Source: Acidobacteriota bacterium
GTDB taxonomy: Bacteria > Acidobacteriota > Blastocatellia > HR10
Length of the DNA stretch: 64,000 bases
Direction of reading: 5' to 3'
Assembly (NCBI GenBank): GCA_030550025.1
Contig: JAUQQC010000002.1
Coordinates: forward strand, 262,058-326,057
How positions within the stretch are numbered: the first letter of the stretch is position 1; the number at the start of each line of letters is the position of its first letter. The position numbers were made by a program, and so were the translations under genes. Positions 51,419 through 60,127 of this stretch are shown one piece after another. Under the pieces are notes generated by a model. It was given only the letters and a program-made list of their open reading frames with translations. It was not told the DNA's origin and did not search any database.

Positions 51419-52477
51419 ATGCGCGACCAGACGTGCCATTGCCGCTTCAGCCTGAAGCGCCCGCTTTTGTGGGCGCTCGCGATATGGCTCGGCATGCCCA
51501 TCGTCATATGGCCACAGCAGGCGTCGCCGGTCGAAAGGCAGCAGAAGAAGAGCGCGCCTCAATCGCGGAGCGAGGAGGTCGGCGACGTCGTCGCCTTGAC
51601 GGCCGAGCTGGTCGTCCTCGACGTCACCGTCGTGGATCGTCGCCATCACGTCGTCGCCGATTTGGAGAAGGATCGCTTCGCCGTCTACGAGAACGGTGTG
51701 CGCCAGGAGATCGCGTTCTTCAGCCGGGAGGAGGCTCCGGTGAGCCTCGGCTTGGTGCTTGACACCAGCGGGAGCATGCGGCGCAAACTCAGCAAGGTCA
51801 TCGCAGCCGCCAAAAGCCTCATGCGCCAAAGCCATCCCGAGGACGAGTATTTCCTGGTCGAGTTCAAAGGCGAGGCGGAGCTGCTGGAGGACTTCACGCG
51901 GGACGCCTCCCTCATTCACGACGCTCTCGATAACCTCATCGCGAGCGGGCAGACGGCTCTCTTGGACGCCATCTATCTCTCGGTCGAGCACGCGCAGAAA
52001 TACGGTAAGCATCGGCGCAAGGCGATCTTCGTCGTCACCGATGGCGAGGAACGCAACAGTTACTACACCCGAGAGCAAGTGCTGGAGCGGTTGCGCGAGT
52101 CCGACGTGCAGGTCTACGCCATCGGTTTCACCGAAGGGCTCGGCGAAGCGGCCATTTTTCGGCAAACTGAGAGCCGCCGCTTGAGCGGTCAGGAGAAGAA
52201 GGCGCGCAAGCTCCTCGAAGAGCTGGCGCGTGAATCCGGCGGGCGCGCCTTCTTCCCGCAGAGCCTCGATGAGTTGGACGCCATCGCCAGCACCATCGCG
52301 CGAGAGCTGCGCGCGCAATACGCCATCGGCTACTATCCGAGCAATCCCGAGCGAGATGGAAGTTGGCGCACGGTCCGCGTCGAAGTCACGCCCGACAAAG
52401 AGCGCGGCCCCCTGACGGCGCGAACGCGCGCCGGATATTACGCCATGAAGAGAGACCCCGCGAAGAGAGCCCCTTGA
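51419..52477 (+). CDS. Secreted VWA domain protein (tandem paralog)
   Basis: Same architecture as the upstream gene: LVLDTSGSM...TALLDAIY...FVVTDGEERNS...VYAIGF; start at M10 of ORF 51392 (GAGGGTGAG upstream); alternative start at 51392 would overlap the upstream gene by 20 nt. Confidence 0.8.
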   Translation: MRDQTCHCRFSLKRPLLWALAIWLGMPIVIWPQQASPVERQQKKSAPQSRSEEVGDVVALTAELVVLDVTVVDRRHHVVADLEKDRFAVYENGVRQEIAFFSREEAPVSLGLVLDTSGSMRRKLSKVIAAAKSLMRQSHPEDEYFLVEFKGEAELLEDFTRDASLIHDALDNLIASGQTALLDAIYLSVEHAQKYGKHRRKAIFVVTDGEERNSYYTREQVLERLRESDVQVYAIGFTEGLGEAAIFRQTESRRLSGQEKKARKLLEELARESGGRAFFPQSLDELDAIASTIARELRAQYAIGYYPSNPERDGSWRTVRVEVTPDKERGPLTARTRAGYYAMKRDPAKRAP

Positions 52478-52677
52478 ATTCGGGAGATCAGTCGCCCCCT
52501 ACGCGCGCGGTTCATCCGCCGTCGGCCCATCCCCACCATTGTCGTAGGCCTCCCCGGAGGCGCTCAGGCGAGCGCTCCTTCCAGCACTCGCTCCAAAGTT
52601 TTCGCGTCGTTTCTGCTCCCCACTGCCGTTCAGCGAGAAACGGCTCACTGGCTCTCATACCCTTCTCCAGGCCTTCA

Positions 52678-53817
52678 TCACGCATTGGCGAGAGCAGCCA
52701 GTTCAATGAGAGCACGCGCGCACGCCAGGACATCGTCCACGCGCACGTGCTCCTCTAAGCCGTGAAGGCCTTCCCCTCCTGGGCCGAAGATCACCGTCGG
52801 GATGCCCGCCCGACCGAGAATCGCGGCGTCCGTCCAGAAACTCAATCCCACGTAGCTCGGCGAACCGCCGATTCGCGTCAGCGCCTCTCCGAGCTGGCGA
52901 GGCAGTTCGTGATCCGAAGGAATCTCATAGGGGGGGCGTTCGAGGAGCAGCCGGGCGTGACCGATGAATTCCGCATCTTCGCGTCGCGCATCGGCGAGGA
53001 GTTCTTCCACTTCGCGTAATGCTGTACCCGGGGGTTCTCCGGCGAGCGTCCGCCGCTCCATTTGGAGAACGCATTCATCGGGATACGTGCTCAGCTCACG
53101 CCCGCCGCGAATGAGCGAAGCGTGAAGAGAAGCTGTCCCGAGCCAGGGATGCGGCGGCCGTGCTTGCAGTCGCCGATCGAGTACCTCCAACCGCTGCAGT
53201 ACGCGCCCCATGCGCAGGATGGCGTCTCGGCCTTCTTGCGGACGACTCCCGTGCGCCGCGATGCCCGTGGTCACCACTTCGATCCACGCGAATCCCTTAT
53301 GCGCGACGCCGATCCGAAGATCGGTCGGCTCTAAGATCACAGCGGCATCCGCCGTCCACGTCCGCACTAAAGCTTCCGCGCCCAAGCTCGCATGCTCTTC
53401 GTCAATGACGGCAGCCAGGATCACGCGGCCGCGCCGCACGACACCTTTTTGCACCAGTGCGCGCGCTGCTCCGATCATCGCCGCTAATCCCCCCTTCATG
53501 TCCAACGCGCCACGTCCGTAGAGGCGTCCATCTCGTTCCTGGGGCTCAAACGGAGCGCTCATGCCCGCCACGCCGACTGTATCCAGATGTCCGCACCACA
53601 TCAGGGAGCGACCGGGCGCGCGTCCCTCCAGGACGGCGACCACATTCGGACGGTGGGGGACGACTTCCAAGACTTCAACATCCAGGCCGAGGCGTCGAAG
53701 CGTCATGGCGACCAACTCGGCGATCTCCTTCTCGCCCGCCCCGTCGGGGACGAGCGACGGATTCACCGAATTGATGGCCACCAGATCGCGCAGGAGTTGA
53801 AGCGTCCATTCGCGCAT
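52678..53817 (-). CDS. M20-family metallopeptidase (ArgE/DapE/acetylornithine deacetylase-like)
   Basis: HLDTVGVA..., metal-ligand region GRGALDMKGGLAAMI, dimerisation-domain pattern; start at M53 (MREWTLQLLRDLVAINS) avoids overlap with the phzF-like gene. Confidence 0.8.
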   Translation of the reverse strand: MREWTLQLLRDLVAINSVNPSLVPDGAGEKEIAELVAMTLRRLGLDVEVLEVVPHRPNVVAVLEGRAPGRSLMWCGHLDTVGVAGMSAPFEPQERDGRLYGRGALDMKGGLAAMIGAARALVQKGVVRRGRVILAAVIDEEHASLGAEALVRTWTADAAVILEPTDLRIGVAHKGFAWIEVVTTGIAAHGSRPQEGRDAILRMGRVLQRLEVLDRRLQARPPHPWLGTASLHASLIRGGRELSTYPDECVLQMERRTLAGEPPGTALREVEELLADARREDAEFIGHARLLLERPPYEIPSDHELPRQLGEALTRIGGSPSYVGLSFWTDAAILGRAGIPTVIFGPGGEGLHGLEEHVRVDDVLACARALIELAALANA

Positions 53818-53828
53818 ATGTTCGGGGC

Positions 53829-54623
53829 TCACCAGAGCAATTCGCCGCGCCACATTGTGATGGCCTGTCCACCGAGGATGACGCGATCGCCAGCGAGGCG
53901 AACGCGAACTACACCTCCTCGCGCGGAAGCTTGATAGGCGAGCAGCTCCGCGCGCCCGAGCCTCTGCCCCCAAAATGGCCCCAAGCAGCAGTGCGCCGAT
54001 CCGGTAACCGGATCTTCGCGCACGCCGACGCGCGGCGCGAAAAAGCGCGAGACGAAATCAAAAGGTGGCGTCGCGGAACGACTGGTGACGATGATGCCGC
54101 GCGTGGGAATCGCTTCCAGCAGGGCGAAATTCGGAGTGAGTCGCCGCACGACGTCTTCGGATTCGACTTCGACGAGATAATCGAAGCGGCTCCGACCGAC
54201 GAAGCATGGCGTCACGCCCAAGCTCTCCTGGAGCCGAGGGGGGGCCTGCGTCGGCTCAGCCGGCGTCGCTGGAAAATCCAATTCGATCCATTCGCCGCGG
54301 CGCATTGCCACGAGCACGCCGCTTCGCGTGAAGAAGCGAATGGATTCTTGCGGGGTGACGTATCCCTCCGTCCACAAGATGTGCGCACTCGCCAGCGTCG
54401 CATGACCGCATAACTCGACCTCGATGGTCGGCGTGAACCATCGGAGGTGGAACCCGTCTTCGTCCGGCCAGAGGAAGGCCGTCTCCGAGAGATTCATCTC
54501 TTGCGCGACCCGCTGCATCCACGACGTCTCTCTCGGTTCTGAGAGCACGCACACGGCAGCCGGATTGCCCGAGAACGGCGCATCCGTGAAGGCGTTGACC
54601 TGAAAGATCGGCGTCCTCATCAT
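53829..54623 (-). CDS. PhzF-family phenazine-biosynthesis-like isomerase/epimerase
   Basis: PIFQVNAFTDAPFSGNPAAVCVL...ETAFL...FTPTIEVELCGHATLASAHIL are PhzF/DAP-epimerase-fold hallmarks. Confidence 0.85.
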   Translation of the reverse strand: MMRTPIFQVNAFTDAPFSGNPAAVCVLSEPRETSWMQRVAQEMNLSETAFLWPDEDGFHLRWFTPTIEVELCGHATLASAHILWTEGYVTPQESIRFFTRSGVLVAMRRGEWIELDFPATPAEPTQAPPRLQESLGVTPCFVGRSRFDYLVEVESEDVVRRLTPNFALLEAIPTRGIIVTSRSATPPFDFVSRFFAPRVGVREDPVTGSAHCCLGPFWGQRLGRAELLAYQASARGGVVRVRLAGDRVILGGQAITMWRGELLW

Positions 54624-55281
54624 CGCCTCCCGGAACCCCTTCGAACAGCTCTTGTGCGGACCATCCTCGTTGAAGAGGCCATAAGCTTAACGGAATCCGC
54701 TCGCGGCGTCGAGAGCCATCGTCCGCTCGACGCGCGCGCTTTGAATTCGACGCTCGGGAGGCTTCTGGCGCCCCTTGTGGTCGTGCAGCATTCGTGGCGG
54801 GATGGTCGCGCGTTGGAACGCATCACGCGCGAATCGAAGTCTCGCGAAAGGAGGCTATGCGTGAAGGGACATCGAGCCCCTCATCGGTTGGCGGTTCTGC
54901 ATGATCGCCGGGTCTCTGCTCTTGCACGCGGCGACGGTGCTCCCTTGCTTTCTCTTAGCGGGACGACCGACGCTTGGCCCCAGCGCGAGTGGGGGAAGCG
55001 ACGATGACGTTTTGTCGCACGGTTGCTCAAGAGGCGCTCGCCAAGTGAGGGGGACGAGTGCAGCAATAGCGATCTCGACTGAGAGAGGGCTGCACCGGAG
55101 GGACGATCGAGAGCGCACGACATCGCGCACCTCAGGCGTGAGACATCGTTCTTCACTTCCTTGGCGAGGCCGGGGGTCGCCATTGTGGGCGCGCACCAAG
55201 GTGCGGTACGCTTGAGCAGGACAACGGGTGCTGGGTTCTGGGCATCCGTATGAGCGAAAGGATCTCGAGGAGGAGGGAACG

Positions 55282-56733
55282 ATGAATGATTGGCTTCGTC
55301 TCCTTGGAGTCGGGATGCTCTGCGCAGGGATTGGACGAATTCCTGCGCCGCTCGTTCTCGCTCAAGACGTGGCGACGACCCAAAACGATCGGCAGCGCAT
55401 CACGCTGACCATTTATGGGAACGACCTCGGTCTCGTTCGTGAGATTCGTCGAGTGCGCTTGCCGCGCGGGATCGCGCGCGTTCGTGTTCACGATGTGGCG
55501 AGCACGCTCGATCCGGCGACCATCTCCGTGATGGCGCGCGACAGCCGTGCGGCATTCGCCGTGCTCGAGCAAGCCTACGCGTACGACGTCCTCAAGCCCG
55601 ACCGGCTGCTCGAACGCTCGGTGGGGAAGGAACTGACGCTCGTTCGTCGCCTCATGGTAAACGGCGCGGAGCAATTAGTGCCGGTCAAAGCCCTGCTCCT
55701 CGCTTATCGTGATGGTCAAGCCGTGTGGAAAATCGGCGATGAGATCGTCATCCAGCCGGCGATCGCCGAGATTCGCTTCCCCTCGATCCCGGAGGGATTG
55801 ATGGTTCAGCCGGCGCTGCTGTGGACGGTGCGGAATGAGGCCGGGAGCGAGCGAGAGCTGGAAGTGTCTTACCTGGCCAGAGGTTTCAGTTGGGAAGCGC
55901 ATTACGCCATGATGGTGGATGACGCCGAACGCATGGCCGATCTGAGCGTTTGGGCGACGGTCACGAACCAAAGCGGCATCGCCTTTCGCAATGCCGAGTT
56001 GCGGCTGATGGCCGGAGAGATTCAGCGCGTCGGCCCCTCGCGACCCCGCGAGGTCGAACTCTACGCGCTCGCTCGCAAGGAGCCGGTTCAAGCCCCGGAC
56101 GTGCAACCACAAGACGTCTTCGAGTATCATCTCTACGCGTTCGACCGTCCGGTGACTCTCGAACAGAACGAGACGAAACAACTGGCGCTCGTGGCAGCTC
56201 GCAATGTGAGCCTGAGGAAGGAGTACGTGGTGACCGGGCAAGGATATTATTATCGTCAGCCGGTCGAGCCCGGGCAGCCTATTCGCGAACCCGTGCGCGT
56301 GACGCTCAGCTTCAAGAACACACAGGAGCACGGTCTTGGCCTTCCGCTCCCGGCCGGAACGGTCCGCATCTACAAGAGAGATCCGCAGGCCGGCCCACAA
56401 CTCCTCGGTGAGGATCGCTTGCCACACACTCCGCGCGAGGAGTGGGTGCGGGTCAACGTCGGACGCGCCTTCGATCTCGTCGTCGAGCGCCGGCAGACGG
56501 CATTTCAACGCATTGGTCGCGACGTCTACGAGTCCGAGTATGAGTTGCTCGTACGCAATCGCAAAAGCGAGGACATCACACTCACGGTCATTGAGCCCGT
56601 CGGGGGAGATTGGGAGGTCGTCCATTCGACCTTCCCGTGGGAACGATCGGGAGCCTTCGCGATTCGGTTCACCGTTCCGGTCGCGCGCGGTGCCGAAGCC
56701 AAACTCGTCTACCGCGTGCGCGTGCGATCATAA
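55282..56733 (+). CDS. Secreted hypothetical protein, DUF4139-like (MuiA-like) family
   Basis: Signal peptide MNDWLRLLGVGMLCAGIGRIPAPLVLAQD; ITLTIYGNDLGLVREIRRV...ATISV...VLEQAYAYDVL pattern resembles DUF4139; strong RBS GAGGAGGAGGG; family call from memory only. Confidence 0.5.
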   Translation: MNDWLRLLGVGMLCAGIGRIPAPLVLAQDVATTQNDRQRITLTIYGNDLGLVREIRRVRLPRGIARVRVHDVASTLDPATISVMARDSRAAFAVLEQAYAYDVLKPDRLLERSVGKELTLVRRLMVNGAEQLVPVKALLLAYRDGQAVWKIGDEIVIQPAIAEIRFPSIPEGLMVQPALLWTVRNEAGSERELEVSYLARGFSWEAHYAMMVDDAERMADLSVWATVTNQSGIAFRNAELRLMAGEIQRVGPSRPREVELYALARKEPVQAPDVQPQDVFEYHLYAFDRPVTLEQNETKQLALVAARNVSLRKEYVVTGQGYYYRQPVEPGQPIREPVRVTLSFKNTQEHGLGLPLPAGTVRIYKRDPQAGPQLLGEDRLPHTPREEWVRVNVGRAFDLVVERRQTAFQRIGRDVYESEYELLVRNRKSEDITLTVIEPVGGDWEVVHSTFPWERSGAFAIRFTVPVARGAEAKLVYRVRVRS

Positions 56734-56742
56734 GCGCGTCGG

Positions 56743-57888
56743 TCAGGCCGCCAGCGATGCGCTCTCGGAGGTCGAGGGCGCCTCCTCCAGAAGCGGGCAG
56801 TGTGGGGGTAACGCCGCAAGCTTCCGCCGAATGATGTCGCGTGAGTACTTCTCGACATAGTGCACGATCGTCTCGACGCGAATCTTGATGCTGCCGGCCG
56901 GCTTAGTGGCATCCAGATCGCCGAATTTGAAATAGAGCGTGCCCGAGGCCTCGACGATCTTCTGCGTCGGCGTATAGGTCGGTTGGTCCATCCCGCATTC
57001 GTAGCTGGAGAAACGGATGACGCAAGTGACCCACGGACACCGAGCGGCGACTTTCGCCCCCCACAGGATCTCATTCGTGTTGCTGCTGTAGGATGAAGGC
57101 CAGACGTCGGAGATATCAAAGGGGCTCTTGATCCGTCCGGCGCGAATCTCTTCGCCGAAGAGCCAGTGCATGAGATCGTCATCGGTGGGGAAGTACTGCA
57201 TCCAGAGGATGGGGAATCCGTGGGCTTGCAGTTCGGCTTCGATCTCGTGCCCGATGCCCGGATCCATGTGATACGGGCGCGCGAGCACGAGGATGCATGG
57301 GCGCTCATGACGCGCGCACCAGGTGAGGATCTCCCGGCTCTTCTGCCGCATCTTCTGATTGAACGCTTCCAGGGCACGGTATCCGGCCTCGACGGCCCGC
57401 GCCGTCTCCTCTTCGGTAAGGTCGAGGACGTCTTTGAGCGCGAGATAGAGCTGCTTCGGGACCTTCTCCGGCTCGCCGAGTGAGACAAACGGCGAGACAT
57501 ATCGAATCCCGTTCTCGGCGAAGACATCCCGCTCTTTGAGAAATCCCGCCTTGATGTTCTCCGGTCCGGCCATCACCCGCGTGCAGGTGAGCGTGTCCAG
57601 CACATGGCCGCGCAGAAAGGAGGGCAGGGAATAGATCATCGGGCTCAGCAGGACGTCGATCTTCTTCTTCTGGCCGAAGATCAATTCCCCATAGTGCCCG
57701 CTCATGCACTTGACCGGATAGCAGCAGTCCACCGTACCGCGCCCCTTCCCATACTCGCGATACTGCTCTTCGGAAGTGTCGGAGCTGAAGACGATGTTCT
57801 CGGGCGCGATCCCCAAGGCCGTCAGAAATCCCACCCAGAATTGATGAGTGCTCCAGATGTTCAGGACCTTCGGGATCCCTACGCGCAC
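56743..57888 (-). CDS. HgdA/HgdB-like protein; likely DUF2229 (CoA enzyme activase uncharacterised domain)
   Basis: VRVGIPKVLNIWSTHQFWVGFLTALG N-terminus resembles the DUF2229 start; Cys cluster GTVDCCYPVKCMSGHY; GTG start at ~57888 with AAGGA RBS; last gene of the activase operon. Confidence 0.55.
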   Translation of the reverse strand: MRVGIPKVLNIWSTHQFWVGFLTALGIAPENIVFSSDTSEEQYREYGKGRGTVDCCYPVKCMSGHYGELIFGQKKKIDVLLSPMIYSLPSFLRGHVLDTLTCTRVMAGPENIKAGFLKERDVFAENGIRYVSPFVSLGEPEKVPKQLYLALKDVLDLTEEETARAVEAGYRALEAFNQKMRQKSREILTWCARHERPCILVLARPYHMDPGIGHEIEAELQAHGFPILWMQYFPTDDDLMHWLFGEEIRAGRIKSPFDISDVWPSSYSSNTNEILWGAKVAARCPWVTCVIRFSSYECGMDQPTYTPTQKIVEASGTLYFKFGDLDATKPAGSIKIRVETIVHYVEKYSRDIIRRKLAALPPHCPLLEEAPSTSESASLAA

Positions 57889-57901
57889 CGACGAGCGATC
57901 C

Positions 57902-60079
57902 TTAGGCGGCGACGCGGCGGAAGCCCTCTTTCCGAACAAAGTCCGCAATGTTGGGATACGCATTTTTCGTCTTCTCCAGTTCGGCTTTGATGGCCTTCAT
58001 CTCGTTGACGTCCTCGACAAGCCCCTTCGGACACGAATTGTTCACGATCACGCGCTCCCATCCTTCGGGGAGAGGGACTTTGCTCCACGGACGCCCTTTT
58101 CCACCCGGCAATTCGACGTCAATGAAACTGCGTTGGCAGTTGACGGGACACCACTTGCACACCGTATCGGGCGATGTCGTCGTCTTGTAGGTGAGGTTCT
58201 CGATGACGTCGAAGCCGCGGAAACGGGTACGCCCGCCGCGCTCCCACCATTCGTGGGCGATGAGTGCCGCGCCGATGGCCCCCGCTTCGCCCGAATACGG
58301 GTGGACGACGATCTCGGCCTCTGGGACTTTCGACTTGATGAAATCCACTTGCGCTTTGACGACGGCCAAGTTCTTATGCGTCCCTCCTTGGAGGATGAAT
58401 TTTCGTCCGACCTGCGCGAGATTGTTCAATCCGCCGGCGTAGATCCACACGTTCAGCGGGAGGATGGCGCAGAGTCCGGCGAGGATCTCCTCGGCCTGCC
58501 AGCCCTTGCGTTGCTGGTTCACGATGTCGCTCTGAAGGAAGACGCCGCAGCCCATCGTCAATTGGGGCATGGCTTGCGCGCGAAAAGCGTAGTCGGCGAT
58601 CTGCTCCAGGGGGATACCAAAGCGCTCGGCCACGCCTTGAAGGAAGGCACCATTGCCCGACGAACATTGTGAATTGAGCCGAAAGTCCGAGACCGTGCCG
58701 TTTTTGAGGATCATGATCTTGACGTCTACTCCTCCCACGTCACAGATGCAATCGGCATCGGGGAAGAAATAGAGTCCGGCCGTCGCGTGCGCGATCGTCT
58801 CCACCACCGCGCAATCAGCTCCGATGATCCCTTTGAGCAGGTCCTTCCCATAGCCGGTGATGCCGACGGCCAGGATCTCCCCGTCCCCGACGGCCGCTCG
58901 AATCTGGCGAAAGAGCGCCTTGGCGTCCTCGATGGGATTGCCACGGCTGAGGGCATAGCAGGAGAAGACCAGTTCTCTCTCAGGCGAGAGACAAACGGCT
59001 TTGGCCGTCGTTGAGCCGAAGTCGCATCCAAGGATCACGCGCGAGAGATCAGGGGCTGTGTGCCCCTTCCGAGGGGAGAGTCGAGAATCAGCGCGCCCAT
59101 TGCTCCCGTAAGTGAGTCGAAATCGCTGCAACTCCTCCGGCGTCGCCCAGAGGCCCTTTCGCCCCTCTCGCTTCTTCTCCTCGTACTGCCCCTCTTCGAT
59201 CCACCACTGGAGCTTCTCTCTGCCTCGGTACACGCCGGTATGCTCCGGCTCACGCCGCGCGATCTCGATGCATCCGAGGGCCGCGTAATAGAGCGCGTCC
59301 TTGGGGACGTAGATGAGCGAGGCGGGATCGCGATCCTCCGGCAATGGGACCTTCCGTTCCTTCCAAATCTTGAGCAGGTGGTGGCGCCAGGCTTCTTGTA
59401 AGCCTTTGAAGAAGAGGTTGGGCCCGCCAAGGAGCAGGACTTCCGGCATCGGCGTGTTGCCGCGGGTGAGCGTCGCGAGATTCTGATAGACGACGGCCTC
59501 AAAGAGCGAAGCGATGATCTCCTCGACCGAAACGCCCGCCTTCAGCAACGTATTGGCATCGGCCTCGGCGAAGATGCCGCACTTGCTGCTGATCTTATGG
59601 AGCGGATACCCCTCGTAGCGCATCTCCGCCAATTGCTCCAGTGGAATCTGCAGCTTGCGCGCGGTCTTCTCGATGAACGTGCCCGTTCCCCCTGAGCAAG
59701 CGCTCTGCATGAGGACCTGCTTCCCTTTGGAGTGGCCGTCGCCGGTGAAGAAGATCGTCTTCATGTCCTCGCCGCCGATCTCGCTGACGAATCGCACGGC
59801 CGGATGCAAGCGCTCGACGGCCGCCGCCACGGCGACGACTTCCTGAACAACCCGAGCGCCCACGAGCGAAGCGATCAAGCCAGCTCCTGATCCCGTGAAG
59901 AAGATGCGGTCTCGTCCCGGCGTCAGCCCATACTCGTGTTCCAAGCGGGTGAGGAATTCCAAAACCTTCTCCGCCTGTCGCGTGTTGTGTCGCTCGTAGG
60001 CGTGCGCCAAGATCTCCCCTTCGGGCGATGCCAGAACGTATTTGCACGTCGTGCTGCCGACATCCATGCCGCAGATCAT
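57902..60079 (-). CDS. Tandem BadF/BadG/BcrA/BcrD (HgdC-like) activase ATPase: two ASKHA-fold [4Fe-4S] activator domains
   Basis: ICGMDVGSTTCKYVL and ILGCDFGSTTAKAVCL (phosphate-1 loops), SACSGGTGTFIEKTARKL and NSQCSSGNGAFLQGVAERFGI (HgdC CAAGTG-type motifs), C-terminal CKWCPVNCQRS; ATG at ~60079 preceded by AAGGAGGGG. Confidence 0.85.
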   Translation of the reverse strand: MICGMDVGSTTCKYVLASPEGEILAHAYERHNTRQAEKVLEFLTRLEHEYGLTPGRDRIFFTGSGAGLIASLVGARVVQEVVAVAAAVERLHPAVRFVSEIGGEDMKTIFFTGDGHSKGKQVLMQSACSGGTGTFIEKTARKLQIPLEQLAEMRYEGYPLHKISSKCGIFAEADANTLLKAGVSVEEIIASLFEAVVYQNLATLTRGNTPMPEVLLLGGPNLFFKGLQEAWRHHLLKIWKERKVPLPEDRDPASLIYVPKDALYYAALGCIEIARREPEHTGVYRGREKLQWWIEEGQYEEKKREGRKGLWATPEELQRFRLTYGSNGRADSRLSPRKGHTAPDLSRVILGCDFGSTTAKAVCLSPERELVFSCYALSRGNPIEDAKALFRQIRAAVGDGEILAVGITGYGKDLLKGIIGADCAVVETIAHATAGLYFFPDADCICDVGGVDVKIMILKNGTVSDFRLNSQCSSGNGAFLQGVAERFGIPLEQIADYAFRAQAMPQLTMGCGVFLQSDIVNQQRKGWQAEEILAGLCAILPLNVWIYAGGLNNLAQVGRKFILQGGTHKNLAVVKAQVDFIKSKVPEAEIVVHPYSGEAGAIGAALIAHEWWERGGRTRFRGFDVIENLTYKTTTSPDTVCKWCPVNCQRSFIDVELPGGKGRPWSKVPLPEGWERVIVNNSCPKGLVEDVNEMKAIKAELEKTKNAYPNIADFVRKEGFRRVAA

Positions 60080-60127
60080 CGCTTCCCCTCCTTGCGGACG
60101 GCTTCTCGTCAAGAGACCTCCTGACGC

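Noticed and set aside
57848-58672. 274-aa plus-strand ORF antisense to the activase ATPase gene (also 58509..59216, 55675..56625, 60149..60463)
   Set aside because: Antisense shadow ORFs within well-supported genes.
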